Shown here: positions 47,539 through 57,681 of the stretch, piece after piece
Position numbering within the stretch: the first letter of the stretch is position 1
Layout: the number at the start of each line of letters is the position of its first letter
DNA from: Clostridiales bacterium
Lineage (GTDB): Bacteria; Bacillota; Clostridia; Christensenellales; UBA1242
Assembly (NCBI GenBank): GCA_003522085.1
Contig: DPGI01000005.1
Span: forward strand, 63,044 to 127,043
Length of the DNA stretch: 64,000 nt
Direction: 5' to 3'
Notes under the pieces: generated by a model
What the model saw: only the letters and a program-made list of their open reading frames with translations
The model's database searches: none
What the model was told of the DNA's origin: nothing
Position numbers and translations under genes: made by a program

Positions 47539-48254
47539 ATGCAGACAAAATCAGACAGCTTGTAAAAGAGGCTCAAGAGGGGGATGAAGATGCGAAAAAT
47601 GCGCTTATCGCTGAAAATTCCCCGCTCATTAAAAGCATAATACGCCGTTTTTCAGGCAAAGGACTTGAGTATGACGACCTCTATCAGCTTGGCTGTCTGG
47701 GCTTTGTAAAGGCTATCAAAAATTTCAACAGTGACTTCAACGTCAAATTTTCGACCTACGTAGTGCCAATGGTCATAGGCGAAATCAAACGTTTCATGCG
47801 AGATGACGGCGCGATAAAAGTCTCCCGCGCAATCAAATCGTTAAATATAAAAATCAACAAGTTTGTCGACGCCTATTTTGCTGAGCACAAATGCAAGCCT
47901 TCGATTGATGAAATAGCAAAGCAGTTTAATATCGAAGAAGGCGACGTCGTGATGGCTATGGACTCTGCGCGCATGCCAATATCGCTTTATATGCCGTTTG
48001 AAGAAGGGGAAGACGCTAGTCTGACGGTTATCGACAGGCTTGCGGGGCAGCAAGAAGGCGAAACGTTGACCGACCAATTATCGCTGAAAGAAGTGATAAA
48101 ATCGCTGCCTAGCCGCGACCGAGAAATCATTTTGATGCGATATTTTTATGATAAAACGCAAAGTGAAATTGCTAGTATACTTCACATTTCACAAGTCCAA
48201 GTTTCGCGTCTTGAAAACAAAATATTAGACGGTTTAAAAAAGAAATTAAGTTAA
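47532..48254 (+). CDS. sigF: sporulation sigma factor SigF
   Basis: Sigma-70 regions 2, 3 and 4 (DLYQLGCLGFVKAI, YVVPMVIGEIKRFMRD, SQSEIASILHISQVQVSRLE). The GTG start overlaps the spoIIAB stop. Confidence 0.9.
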   Translation: MLDADKIRQLVKEAQEGDEDAKNALIAENSPLIKSIIRRFSGKGLEYDDLYQLGCLGFVKAIKNFNSDFNVKFSTYVVPMVIGEIKRFMRDDGAIKVSRAIKSLNIKINKFVDAYFAEHKCKPSIDEIAKQFNIEEGDVVMAMDSARMPISLYMPFEEGEDASLTVIDRLAGQQEGETLTDQLSLKEVIKSLPSRDREIILMRYFYDKTQSEIASILHISQVQVSRLENKILDGLKKKLS

Positions 48255-48271
48255 AAAATTGCATAAAAATA

Positions 48272-48305
48272 AAAAACGACTCACTCATGCTGGTCGTTTT
48301 TTTTG
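48272..48305. terminator. terminator after sigF
   Basis: Stem acgac(t) pairs with (g)gtcgt, followed by a run of 8+ T. Confidence 0.6.
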
Positions 48306-48391
48306 TCGTTAAAACTGAAAGGCTTAAACTAAACTAAATTAACCTAACAAAATTTTATATTGTTAAATATTTTTGCTCTAAGAAGATGCGG

Positions 48392-50113
48392 CTATTTTAC
48401 AAGGTCTTCAATGTCTTTGTTGATGTCGGCGTTGACAACTGAAGTATGACCTTTTGCTTTTTCTTCGCCTTGCAAAGTTGTGTCATTTTCGGCGGCTTTG
48501 TCAGGTTGACTTTCACTTGCGTTTTCAGGTTGTGTAGGCGATTCGTTATTTTTGCTTGCGTTCGCATTTTCGCTAGGTTTAGCCTCAACAGACTTAACCT
48601 TTGCGTCTGCATCAATGTCAAGTTTTTGCGCCTTTTTAGGTTGAATCGAAGTCGCTCCGTCTTCAGCGTGTTTTGATGAGCTTACGATTTTTTCTATGTC
48701 ATTTGTTTCAACTTGCGTTTCTTGTTTTGTGCTTTCGTTTTTAAATTTTTCGGCATTTTCTGGCTTATTTGCTTCTTGTTTAGCTTCAGTCTTTTCTGTG
48801 ATTGTTTCCACAGGAATTGCCGTCTCATCGATCACTGATGTTGGCGTTTCTTGGTCATTTGATGCGTCGCTAGGAAGAATAGCAGTTATGCCATTGCTGC
48901 CGTTAAAGTGGCGCATTCCTTGCATGTTGTTTCCATTAAATCTGTTAAATCCGTTGTTATATCCATATCCGTATCCATTGCCAAACCCGTTTCTATATCC
49001 GTTGCCAGTATACCGATAAGTGTCAATGTTGGTTACTCCAGGACCATATGTGTCGGTGTTCCTTCCGGGGTTAAACAATCCGCGGTTCATTCCATATGCG
49101 TTGGTGTTTGCGATGTTGCCGTTATAGCAGTTTCCATTTGGACAATTTAAATTATAGTCATAACAATTCCCGTCAGGACAATTCGCGTTGTTGTAGCAAT
49201 TTCCGTCGGGGCAGTTTGCGTTGCCATTAAAACAATTTCCGTCAGGGCAGTAGCCGTTATAATTAAACGGAATTAGATTTTGATTGCTGCCGAATGAATT
49301 GCCTGAGTTGTTAGAGTTATTTGAATTGTTTGTATTATTCAAATTTTTTTCAGAAGAATTATATCCGTTGTTTGTGCCGTTTGGCTCGTTTGCATAATCT
49401 TCTGGAGTTTTGTTTCCCCAGTCTTTTCGGTTGGAACCATTCTGATTATTTGCATTTTGTCCCGCCGCATTTTGGCCTGTTGTGTTCTGACCGTTTTGAC
49501 TACCCGAAGTTTCGCCATTTGAATTGCTGGCGGTGTTTAAAATTCCTTCGACATTGTTAAGAGTATTTAAGATGTTATTTAAATAGCAGTCGCGCGACTC
49601 CAAGCAGCAAGACAGCCTAGTCAGTTTTGCATCGAATTGTGTGCCGGGATCGTTGAGTTTTGCCATGCTTCGAACAGTGTTGCGATAGTCGCTTTTAGTT
49701 CTTGTCAGTTCGGTGGTGTATTTTTGCATGCTGGTTGTAAGTTCTGAAATAGCGCGAGCGTTATCGTTGCCGAGTATAAGCGGGCCGCCCGTTATCGATT
49801 TTTTAATCGCCTTTGCTTTGCGCAAAATTTGATAACGGTTGTTTTCGATGTTTCGTGCAATCGCGCTAGCCGTCTGACCGCTGCCCGAAAGGCGAGAGAG
49901 TTGTGAGATTGTTTCCACATTTCCGTCAAAATCTTCGCGAGTGATTTCGTCAATATTCGCAACGCTGACGGCGGAAACTGTGTTCGTCACTCTGTCAAGT
50001 TGCGTAGAAAGTTTGTCGATAACTGCTTGGTCGTTGGTGGTATTATTGGTGCAGCCTGCTATGGCTAAAATTGCTGACAGGCTCAAGCCTAAAACAAAAG
50101 TTGATTTTTTCAT
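48392..50113 (-). CDS. lipoprotein with N/G/Y-rich low-complexity core and four CP(D/N)GNC repeats
   Basis: Lipobox LAIAGC after MKKSTFVLGLSLSAI; I chose ATG 50113 after RBS aggagg. The central part has N-rich tracts, CPDGNC x3 plus CPNGNC, and a GNGYGYGYNNGF tract. The tail is acidic and K-rich. Confidence 0.65.
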   Translation of the reverse strand: MKKSTFVLGLSLSAILAIAGCTNNTTNDQAVIDKLSTQLDRVTNTVSAVSVANIDEITREDFDGNVETISQLSRLSGSGQTASAIARNIENNRYQILRKAKAIKKSITGGPLILGNDNARAISELTTSMQKYTTELTRTKSDYRNTVRSMAKLNDPGTQFDAKLTRLSCCLESRDCYLNNILNTLNNVEGILNTASNSNGETSGSQNGQNTTGQNAAGQNANNQNGSNRKDWGNKTPEDYANEPNGTNNGYNSSEKNLNNTNNSNNSNNSGNSFGSNQNLIPFNYNGYCPDGNCFNGNANCPDGNCYNNANCPDGNCYDYNLNCPNGNCYNGNIANTNAYGMNRGLFNPGRNTDTYGPGVTNIDTYRYTGNGYRNGFGNGYGYGYNNGFNRFNGNNMQGMRHFNGSNGITAILPSDASNDQETPTSVIDETAIPVETITEKTEAKQEANKPENAEKFKNESTKQETQVETNDIEKIVSSSKHAEDGATSIQPKKAQKLDIDADAKVKSVEAKPSENANASKNNESPTQPENASESQPDKAAENDTTLQGEEKAKGHTSVVNADINKDIEDLVK

Positions 50114-50294
50114 TTTTCCTCCTGGATATGCTTTTAGTTTGAGCATAAAACGCAAGAATATTCTTTTCAAATATGGAAATAAATATGAAAACAAATAAAA
50201 AGATAATGAATGCAAATTGAAACAAATTAAATCCAATCAAAGCCAATCGAAAAACTGAAACAAATTAAATAAAAGCAAATTAAACGGAGAAAAT

Positions 50295-50753
50295 ATGAAA
50301 AATAAAAAACGAGATGAAGCATACAACGCCTATGTCGAAGCGCGAATTCCAAAAACCAAAGCCTGGCCGTCGCTTTTTAATTCGTTTTGGGTGGGCGGAC
50401 TTATCTGCGTGCTCGGCCAAGGCATCGACGAACTGCTTTTATTGTGGTTTCCGTCAATGTCGCAGCAATCGGCATGGGCTTGGACGCTGATTGTGCTCAT
50501 TTTTCTTGCGTCGCTGCTCACTGGGCTTGGCGTTTACGATAAAATCGGAAAATTTGCCGGTGGTGGCAGTATCGTGCCGATAACAGGATTTTCAAATTCG
50601 ATTTCTTCGCCAGCGATTGAGTTTAAACATGAAGGCATCATATATGGAACTTGCGTAAAAATGTTCACTATCGCAGGGCCAGTAATCGTCGTCGGCGTGG
50701 TTGCAAGCATAATCGTAGGAATTGTTTATTATATCGTGGGGTTAATCGGATGA
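50295..50753 (+). CDS. spoVAC: stage V sporulation protein AC
   Basis: Typical SpoVAC sequence (FWVGGLICVLGQG, PITGFSN), 152 aa. Confidence 0.9.
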   Translation: MKNKKRDEAYNAYVEARIPKTKAWPSLFNSFWVGGLICVLGQGIDELLLLWFPSMSQQSAWAWTLIVLIFLASLLTGLGVYDKIGKFAGGGSIVPITGFSNSISSPAIEFKHEGIIYGTCVKMFTIAGPVIVVGVVASIIVGIVYYIVGLIG

Positions 50754-51751
50754 CGCAGACAATAGAATTTAAAAACAGACCAAAAATCATAGGCAGTTAT
50801 TCGGTGGTTGGCCCGAAAGAAGGCAAGGGCCCTTTTGGAGAATATTTTGATTATGTCATGCAATGTGATTTGTTTGGCGAAAAAACGTATGAAAAAGCGG
50901 AACGCAAAATGCTTGAACAAGCCGTAACGGGCGCAATTCAAAAGGCAGGCTTGACGGCGGGTGACATCAACTTGCTGCTGGCGGGCGACCTGCTAAATCA
51001 AATCATATCTTCGTCTTACACGGCGCGTGCGTTTAATGTGCCGTTTTTAGGCATGTTTGGAGCGTGCTCAACAATGGCAGAAAGTTTAGCAATCGGCGCA
51101 AGTCTTGTAAACGGCGGACATTTTCAAAACGTCGTTTGTGCAACCGGCTCGCATTTTTCAACAGCTGAAAGGCAGTTCCGTTTTCCGCTTGAACTCGGAA
51201 ATCAGCGCGTCCCAACATCGCAATGGACGGTCACAGCGGCAGGCGCAAGCGTGCTTTCTTTAGAAGGTGAAGGTCCAGAAGTAGCAATGGCAACATTTGG
51301 CAAAGTTATAGATTTTGGCATCGTCGACGTCAACAATATGGGTGCTGCAATGGCTCCATCGGCAGCGGATACTATGCTTGCGCATTTCACCGACACAGGT
51401 CGCAAGCCAAGCGATTATGACCTTATCGTAACAGGCGATTTGGGCAAGTTGGGCGCCGAAATTTTGGTGGATTTATTGGAAGATAAAGGCATTAAATTAG
51501 GCCCAAATTACAGCGATTGCGGGCACAGTTTTTTTACAAGAAAACAAGACACAATGTGCGGCGGAAGCGGATGCGGATGCAGCGCATCAGTGCTAAATTC
51601 CTATATTGTTTCAAAACTAAAAAAACGCGAATTAAAACGCGTTCTTTTCGTTCCAACTGGCGCGCTTATGTCAACAACGGCGTCGCAACAGGGCGAGTCT
51701 ATCCCAGGTGTAAGTCATGCAATAGTCTTAGAAGCGGGAGGGAAAAAATAA
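50750..51751 (+). CDS. spoVAD: stage V sporulation protein AD
   Basis: Thiolase-like SpoVAD pattern (IIGSYSVVGPKEGKGPFGEYFD). The ATGA overlap with spoVAC sets the start at 50750. Confidence 0.9.
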   Translation: MTQTIEFKNRPKIIGSYSVVGPKEGKGPFGEYFDYVMQCDLFGEKTYEKAERKMLEQAVTGAIQKAGLTAGDINLLLAGDLLNQIISSSYTARAFNVPFLGMFGACSTMAESLAIGASLVNGGHFQNVVCATGSHFSTAERQFRFPLELGNQRVPTSQWTVTAAGASVLSLEGEGPEVAMATFGKVIDFGIVDVNNMGAAMAPSAADTMLAHFTDTGRKPSDYDLIVTGDLGKLGAEILVDLLEDKGIKLGPNYSDCGHSFFTRKQDTMCGGSGCGCSASVLNSYIVSKLKKRELKRVLFVPTGALMSTTASQQGESIPGVSHAIVLEAGGKK

Positions 51752-52107
51752 TGGAATTTTTATGGGCATTTTTAATAGGTGGTGCAGTCTGTATGCTGGG
51801 TCAAGTGTTGATTATAACAACAAAAATAACTTCCGCCCGAATCTTAGTTACGTTCGTGCTAATCGGTGTAGTCCTTCAAGCCTTTGAACTTTTTGATCCA
51901 ATATCAGGTTTCGCGAAAGCCGGCATAAATGTTCCAATCATCGGATTTGGAGCTTCGCTGGCAAAAGGTGCAATAAGTGGCGTAAAATCAACAGGACTTT
52001 TGGGCGCCTTTACGGGTGGATTACAAGCAACAGCAGGGGGAATCGCCGCAGCAGTAGGTTTTGCATTCTTATTTTCGCTTATCTTTAACTCAAAAACCAA
52101 GCAGTAA
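51751..52107 (+). CDS. spoVAE: stage V sporulation protein AE
   Basis: MEFLWAFLIGGAVCMLGQ..., 118 aa. TAATG overlap with spoVAD. Confidence 0.85.
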   Translation: MEFLWAFLIGGAVCMLGQVLIITTKITSARILVTFVLIGVVLQAFELFDPISGFAKAGINVPIIGFGASLAKGAISGVKSTGLLGAFTGGLQATAGGIAAAVGFAFLFSLIFNSKTKQ

Positions 52108-52282
52108 GGTTGGCGTTTTATCGCAACTGGTCAACAATTTCAACATATCATAGTCAATACTCACAACGCGACTTAAAAATCAACATAATACTGGCGCACA
52201 TTTAACATAATACTGACAAGCATGTCATAATAGCCACAATATATTGTGTATTTTTTCTTAAAACAATTTCATATATTATGAT

Positions 52283-52930
52283 ATGAAGTGCAAAAAAAAG
52301 AAAAGGCTTGCTTTTAAAGTCAAGGCAGCGATTTGTTTTGGCGTAGTTTTTTCTTTGATTTTAGCAGCGTTTTTGCACTTTTATTTTATAGTTGGGCCTA
52401 AAGTGGTCGAGGTTTCGCGAGCGCAAGTTGATTCAGTTGCCACAACAGTGGTGAGTGACGCAATTTACAACGTTATGCTTGATAAAAATTACAGTTATGA
52501 TGACTTCGTCGACATAAAATGCTCTTCAAACAATGAAATTTCTTCGATTTCAGCCAATTCAATCAACCTTAACAAGTTTGCGCGTGAACTTTCAACCGAA
52601 GCGCAAATATTGCTTGATGGGTTAGTTGACAGTTCTATAAAAGTACCGCTTGGGTCATTCACAGGAATCAACGCGCTTTCGGCATTGGGACCTAAAATTA
52701 GCGTTCACATCATGCCAATCGGATCCGTTATTACATCTTTTTCGTCGCAATTTGAAAGCGTAGGCATCAATCAAGTGCGCCATTCTATATTTATTGATGT
52801 CAACATAGCAATCAGTGTGATTTTGCCACTTGGCAGCAAAAATGTCGACTTTATAACTCAAGTTTTAATCTGTGAAAATATAATTGTCGGCAAGGTTCCA
52901 GATGTATATTTAAATGGCTTGTCGAAATAA
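52283..52930 (+). CDS. yunB: sporulation protein YunB
   Basis: N-terminal TM, then the YunB pattern (VPLGSFTGINALSALGPKISVHIMPIGSV, GINQVRHSIFIDV, IIVGKVPDVY). Confidence 0.75.
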   Translation: MKCKKKKRLAFKVKAAICFGVVFSLILAAFLHFYFIVGPKVVEVSRAQVDSVATTVVSDAIYNVMLDKNYSYDDFVDIKCSSNNEISSISANSINLNKFARELSTEAQILLDGLVDSSIKVPLGSFTGINALSALGPKISVHIMPIGSVITSFSSQFESVGINQVRHSIFIDVNIAISVILPLGSKNVDFITQVLICENIIVGKVPDVYLNGLSK

Positions 52931-52979
52931 ATTTTATGCAAATAAATTGTAAAAATCTAAAACAAAAAATGGCTTAATT

Positions 52980-53858
52980 TTATTTAAGCCAACTTGCAAA
53001 ATCTTCTGGTTTTGGCGCAAGAATATGAATATCTGCTTTGCTTGCGTCTAAAAAGCTTATCGTTGCTTCTTCGCAATGTAAAAGAGTGCGATTTGGTTTA
53101 TTTAAAAATGCTAAACTTTCCGCATTTCCATAAACTTGATCGCCAATAAGTGGGTGAGAGATCGAAGAAAGATGCACTCTTATTTGATGCGTTCGTCCTT
53201 GGCTTAAAATAAGTTTAACCAAGGCGTAGCCGTTAAAGTTTTTAACAACTTCAACGTGTGTCGTGGCAGCTTTGCCCAATAGGCTTGTCTTCCTTTGTTG
53301 TTGGTTGATTCCGTTTTCGCAAACAGTTTGAATTGGCGCGGAAATATTGAATTCTTTTTCGGTAAAATTGCCGACGCAAAGAGCCTGATAAGTCTTTTTT
53401 ATTTCAACCATATTGGCGGCATATTGATTTTTTGCAATCACAACAATTCCCGAAGTGTCCTTGTCAAGCCTGCCAAGCGCGCGAAAAACGAAATGTGGCT
53501 GTTTGCCCGCCATATATTTGCTCACAGCGCCCGCCAAGTTGTCGCTGTAATGTCGTTTTGACGGAATTGTCGCAACGCCTGCCGCTTTGTTTACTACCAG
53601 CAAGTCTTCATCTTCAAAAAGTATATCAAGGGGAAGATCATTGAAAGGGATTGAAGAACTTTTTTTATCTTCAAGCGTGATTTCAAGTTTTTGTCCGGTG
53701 CAAATCTTAGATCGCATATTTGCCTTTTCTCCGTTTATTTTTAACGCATTATCGTCGTGACGAAGAGAAGAAATTAAACTCTCAGAAAATTTCGAATCTT
53801 TTAAAAAGAAATATAGTTTATCATAATCGCAATTTGGCGATAAAATTAAATGTTTCAT
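52980..53858 (-). CDS. RluA-family pseudouridine synthase
   Basis: S4-like N-terminus, catalytic GRLDKDTSG, and HQIRVH. I chose ATG 53858. Confidence 0.85.
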   Translation of the reverse strand: MKHLILSPNCDYDKLYFFLKDSKFSESLISSLRHDDNALKINGEKANMRSKICTGQKLEITLEDKKSSSIPFNDLPLDILFEDEDLLVVNKAAGVATIPSKRHYSDNLAGAVSKYMAGKQPHFVFRALGRLDKDTSGIVVIAKNQYAANMVEIKKTYQALCVGNFTEKEFNISAPIQTVCENGINQQQRKTSLLGKAATTHVEVVKNFNGYALVKLILSQGRTHQIRVHLSSISHPLIGDQVYGNAESLAFLNKPNRTLLHCEEATISFLDASKADIHILAPKPEDFASWLK

Positions 53859-53879
53859 GGAAAAAGTATAACATAATGT

Positions 53880-53908
53880 TTGACAAAATTTTAGCAATTT
53901 GCTAATAT
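53880..53908 (+). promoter_or_regulatory. promoter of the pheST leader
   Basis: TTGACA (53880-53885), a 17-nt spacer, then TAATAT (53903-53908). Confidence 0.65.
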
Positions 53909-53914
53909 TTTTCT

Positions 53915-54146
53915 ATATAAATGCGATTGACGAAAGAACGTGGCTAAACGCAAAGCAGATTCAGAGAGGTTTAGGTTGGTGCGATAAACTGATGCGGGTT
54001 TGGTGAATTCACTTTCGAAGCAGCCTTGCTGATATGTAGGCATGAGCCGGAGCGCCCGTAACAGCGCAAATGAAGGGCATTAAACATGCTGAAATTAGGT
54101 GGTAACGCGGACTCTTCGCCCTAATAAAAAGGCGAGGAGTTTTTTA
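53915..54146 (+). promoter_or_regulatory. T-box riboswitch leader (Phe specifier) controlling pheST
   Basis: AGAGA-type stem I element, candidate specifier UUC followed by A at 54008-54011, T-box sequence aaattaggtggtaacgcgg (54092-54110), and terminator ctcttcgcc/ggcgaggag plus T-run (54112-54145). Confidence 0.85.
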
Positions 54147-54169
54147 ATATAACCGCAAAAGGAGACAAC

Positions 54170-55189
54170 ATGGAAGAAAAGTTAAATCAAATTTGTGAAA
54201 GTGCACAACAAGAACTTTCACTTGCTTCGGATAAGCAAGCGTTGAATGCGTGCAAAGTAAAATATCTTGGCAAACAAGGAGCATTAACCGAAGTTCTTCG
54301 TGGAATGCGTGATGTTCCAGCTGAAGACCGTCCAAAAATCGGTGCGCTTGTAAACAAAGTTCGCGACGTCTTAGAAGCTGCATTTGCCAAAAAAGAAGCG
54401 CAATTTGACTCTCAACAACTTGAAAAAGAACTTGCAAACTCATATATCGACATAACCGAACCAGGTGAAGGTCATGAAAAGGGAGCTTTGCATCCTCTTT
54501 CACGAACATTTGAAAAACTTGTTGATATATGCGTTGATATGGGCTTTCAAGTGGTTGACGGGCCAGAAGTCGAACTTGATTATTTCAACTTCGAGGCTTT
54601 AAATATTCCAAAAAATCACCCAGCGAGAGATATGCAAGACACATTCTTTGTGTCAGACAACATTTTGCTTCGTTCGCAAACATCATCTGTTCAAGCAAGA
54701 ACAATGCAAAAACTTAAACCACCTTTTAAGATTGTATCTCCGGGAAGAGTATACAGAAACGACAGCGATGCAACTCATTCGCCAGTATTCCACCAAATGG
54801 AAGGGCTTGTTGTGGATGAAAACGTGTCGATGGCAGACCTTAAAAGCATGTTGACAGTCTTGATGAGGCGAACATTTGGCGAAGAAACGCAAATTCGCTT
54901 CCGCCCATCGTTTTTCCCATTCACAGAACCAAGTGTAGAAGTAGACGTAACTTGCCCAAATTGCAAGGGAAGCGGTTGTCGCATTTGCAAAGGCACAGGA
55001 TTTATGGAATTGCTTGGCGCAGGCATTGTAAATCCAAAAGTTCTTGAAGAAAACGGAATTGACAGCAAAAAATATCGTGGATTTGCCTTCGGATTTGGGG
55101 CAGACCGTGTCGCAATGGTTAAAGACGGAATCAACGACATTCGTTCAATGTTTAGAAACGATATCCGCTTCTTAAAGCAAATGAAATAA
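54170..55189 (+). CDS. pheS: phenylalanine--tRNA ligase alpha subunit
   Basis: Class II motifs (HPARDMQDTFF, FRPSFFPFTEPS, GFAFGFGADR). Confidence 0.95.
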   Translation: MEEKLNQICESAQQELSLASDKQALNACKVKYLGKQGALTEVLRGMRDVPAEDRPKIGALVNKVRDVLEAAFAKKEAQFDSQQLEKELANSYIDITEPGEGHEKGALHPLSRTFEKLVDICVDMGFQVVDGPEVELDYFNFEALNIPKNHPARDMQDTFFVSDNILLRSQTSSVQARTMQKLKPPFKIVSPGRVYRNDSDATHSPVFHQMEGLVVDENVSMADLKSMLTVLMRRTFGEETQIRFRPSFFPFTEPSVEVDVTCPNCKGSGCRICKGTGFMELLGAGIVNPKVLEENGIDSKKYRGFAFGFGADRVAMVKDGINDIRSMFRNDIRFLKQMK

Positions 55190-55293
55190 TAGAAAGTGCC
55201 ATTATGTTATGCTAATATAACAAAATAGACGCAAACAAAACTATTATGTTATGTAAAAATAACCAATAAAAAAGAAAAATCAAAGGAGTAAAT

Positions 55294-57681
55294 ATGAAAA
55301 TTACTTATAAATGGTTGAAGGATTTTGTAGACATCGACGCACCAGCCGAAGAAGTTGCTGAAAAATTGACCAATGCTGGCCTTGAAGTTGAAGAACTTAT
55401 TCATCAAAACAAACATCTTCAACATGTCAGAGTGGGAAGAATTACAAAAATTGAACACCATCCTGATGCTGACAGGCTTCAAATTTGCCAAGTCGACCTT
55501 GGAGATGAGCATGTTCAGATTATAACAACGGCCACAAACGTGTTTGAAGGCGCAGTTGTTCCTGTTTCTTTGCCAGGTGCAGACCTTGCAAATGGCATTA
55601 AAATTCAAAAATCAAAACTTCGTGGCGTTGACAGCGACGGAATGTTCTGTTCTGGCGAAGAATTAGGTATTGATGACAGTGTTATTGAAGGGGCGTCAAT
55701 CAATGGAATCTTGATTTTCCCAAACAATTTCAAAATTGGACAAGCGGTTGAAGATGCTCTTGGTTTAAACGATGTGATTTTCGATGTAAATATCACTCCA
55801 AATCGTCCTGATTGCATGAGTGTTATTGGAATTGCGCGTGAAGTTTGCGCAATTTATGGCAAAAAGTTTATTGAACCACGACTTGACTATATTTCACTTG
55901 GCGATCGTGCATCAAATTATATTGATGTAGAGCGCAAAACGGATTCTTGCTCACGCTATATGGCGGCAGTAATTAAAAATGTTAAAATTCAAAAATCTCC
56001 TGATTTTATAAGACAAAGACTGTTTGCTGTTGGCATCAAATCAATCAATTCAATCGTCGATTTGACAAACTATGTTCTCATCGAAATGGGACAGCCTTTG
56101 CACGCTTTTGACCGCAACATGATTGCAGGCAAAACAATAGTTGTTCGTGACGGAATCGAAGGCGAAAAACTTGAAGTTTTAAATCACAGCACTTACACAT
56201 TAACTCCTGCTGATATTGTGATTGCTGACCTCGAAAAGCCTATGGTTATTGCAGGCGTTATTGGCGGAACAAACTCGTGTATTACTGACGCAACAAAAGA
56301 AGTTGTGCTTGAAGCAGCTGTGTTTGACCTGAAATCAGTTCGCCTTACAAGCAAGAGATATGGTGTTAGAACAGACTCATCTGCTCGTTTTGAAAAGGGC
56401 GTATATTTCGGCAGCGCTGAACAAGGCTTAAAGAGATTTTTGCACTATGTTTGCGAACTTGGAATAGGCGATATTCTTGGTGGTTATGTGGATAAATATG
56501 CTGAAAAACCTCAAGATAGAGTTGTTTATTGCAACGTTGAAGACATCGACAAGATTTTAGGAATCAATGTTCTACAAGACGATATGAAACGTATTCTCAA
56601 CGGTCTTGGAATTACAACAACAATCGAAAATGGGCTTATAACTGCTTATGTTCCTGCATATCGTGAAGACATCGAAAACGCCAACGATCTAGCCGAAGAA
56701 ATCATTAGAATTTATGGCTACGATGCCTATGAAAAATCAAACAAAGCACTTTTTGCTGAGTCAACAGTAACCGAAGGTGGGCTTGACGACAAAACTGCAC
56801 TCGAACGCAAAATCAAATCGGCACTTGCAAACAATGGCTTCTTTGAAGCGGTTAATTTCTCGATTTGTCCACCTGACATCTGTGAGAAATTGATGATTTC
56901 TGACAATCGCCGTTTCATGATTAAAATAGCCAATCCGCTTTCTGACGAAATTTCATGCTTGCGAACAACAATGGCGCACTCAATGCTCTCGACGCTTGCT
57001 TACAACTTTAGCGTCGGAAATAAACAAGCCAATTTATTTGAAGCGGGCAGAACATATTTGCCAAAACAACTTCCAATGACCGAACTTCCAGTTGAAACCA
57101 ACTATATTTCGCTTGGTTCGCTTGATATGTCGTTTAAAGAATTTAAGGCAGTTGTCGAACTTGCACTCGCTCAAACCGGATTGAATTATAAACTTGTTCG
57201 CAGTCAAGAAAAATATCTTCACCCTGGTGTTTCGGCTGATATTGTTGATGAACAGGGCAACAGATATGGCACATTTGGACAAATTCATCCAATGGTTGCA
57301 AAAAATTATGACCTTCCAAAAGCTGTTATGTATGGCGAACTTAACTTAGATGCGCTTATTCCATTTAAAGATAAAAAATTCTCATTAAAACCAATTTCAA
57401 AATTCCCAATAGTCGAGCGTGATATTGCGATTGTCGTAAAAGAAGAAATTGCAAACGCCGACCTTATGGCTGCCATCAAATCTGCCTGCGGAAAAATCTT
57501 CTATGATGTAAAACTGTTTGATATCTATCGCAGTGCAGCGCTTGGTGAAGGCATGAAGAGTTTGGCATACAACATCAAACTTTCAGATCCAGAAAAAACA
57601 TTGACCGATCAAGAAGTTACTGAAATTGTGGGCAAAGTTTTGAAGGCGTTGAAATTTAGATATGGAGCAACTTTAAGATGA
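55294..57681 (+). CDS. pheT: phenylalanine--tRNA ligase beta subunit
   Basis: N-terminal tRNA-binding domain followed by B3/4, B5 and FDX-ACB domain order. Length 795 aa. Confidence 0.95.
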   Translation: MKITYKWLKDFVDIDAPAEEVAEKLTNAGLEVEELIHQNKHLQHVRVGRITKIEHHPDADRLQICQVDLGDEHVQIITTATNVFEGAVVPVSLPGADLANGIKIQKSKLRGVDSDGMFCSGEELGIDDSVIEGASINGILIFPNNFKIGQAVEDALGLNDVIFDVNITPNRPDCMSVIGIAREVCAIYGKKFIEPRLDYISLGDRASNYIDVERKTDSCSRYMAAVIKNVKIQKSPDFIRQRLFAVGIKSINSIVDLTNYVLIEMGQPLHAFDRNMIAGKTIVVRDGIEGEKLEVLNHSTYTLTPADIVIADLEKPMVIAGVIGGTNSCITDATKEVVLEAAVFDLKSVRLTSKRYGVRTDSSARFEKGVYFGSAEQGLKRFLHYVCELGIGDILGGYVDKYAEKPQDRVVYCNVEDIDKILGINVLQDDMKRILNGLGITTTIENGLITAYVPAYREDIENANDLAEEIIRIYGYDAYEKSNKALFAESTVTEGGLDDKTALERKIKSALANNGFFEAVNFSICPPDICEKLMISDNRRFMIKIANPLSDEISCLRTTMAHSMLSTLAYNFSVGNKQANLFEAGRTYLPKQLPMTELPVETNYISLGSLDMSFKEFKAVVELALAQTGLNYKLVRSQEKYLHPGVSADIVDEQGNRYGTFGQIHPMVAKNYDLPKAVMYGELNLDALIPFKDKKFSLKPISKFPIVERDIAIVVKEEIANADLMAAIKSACGKIFYDVKLFDIYRSAALGEGMKSLAYNIKLSDPEKTLTDQEVTEIVGKVLKALKFRYGATLR

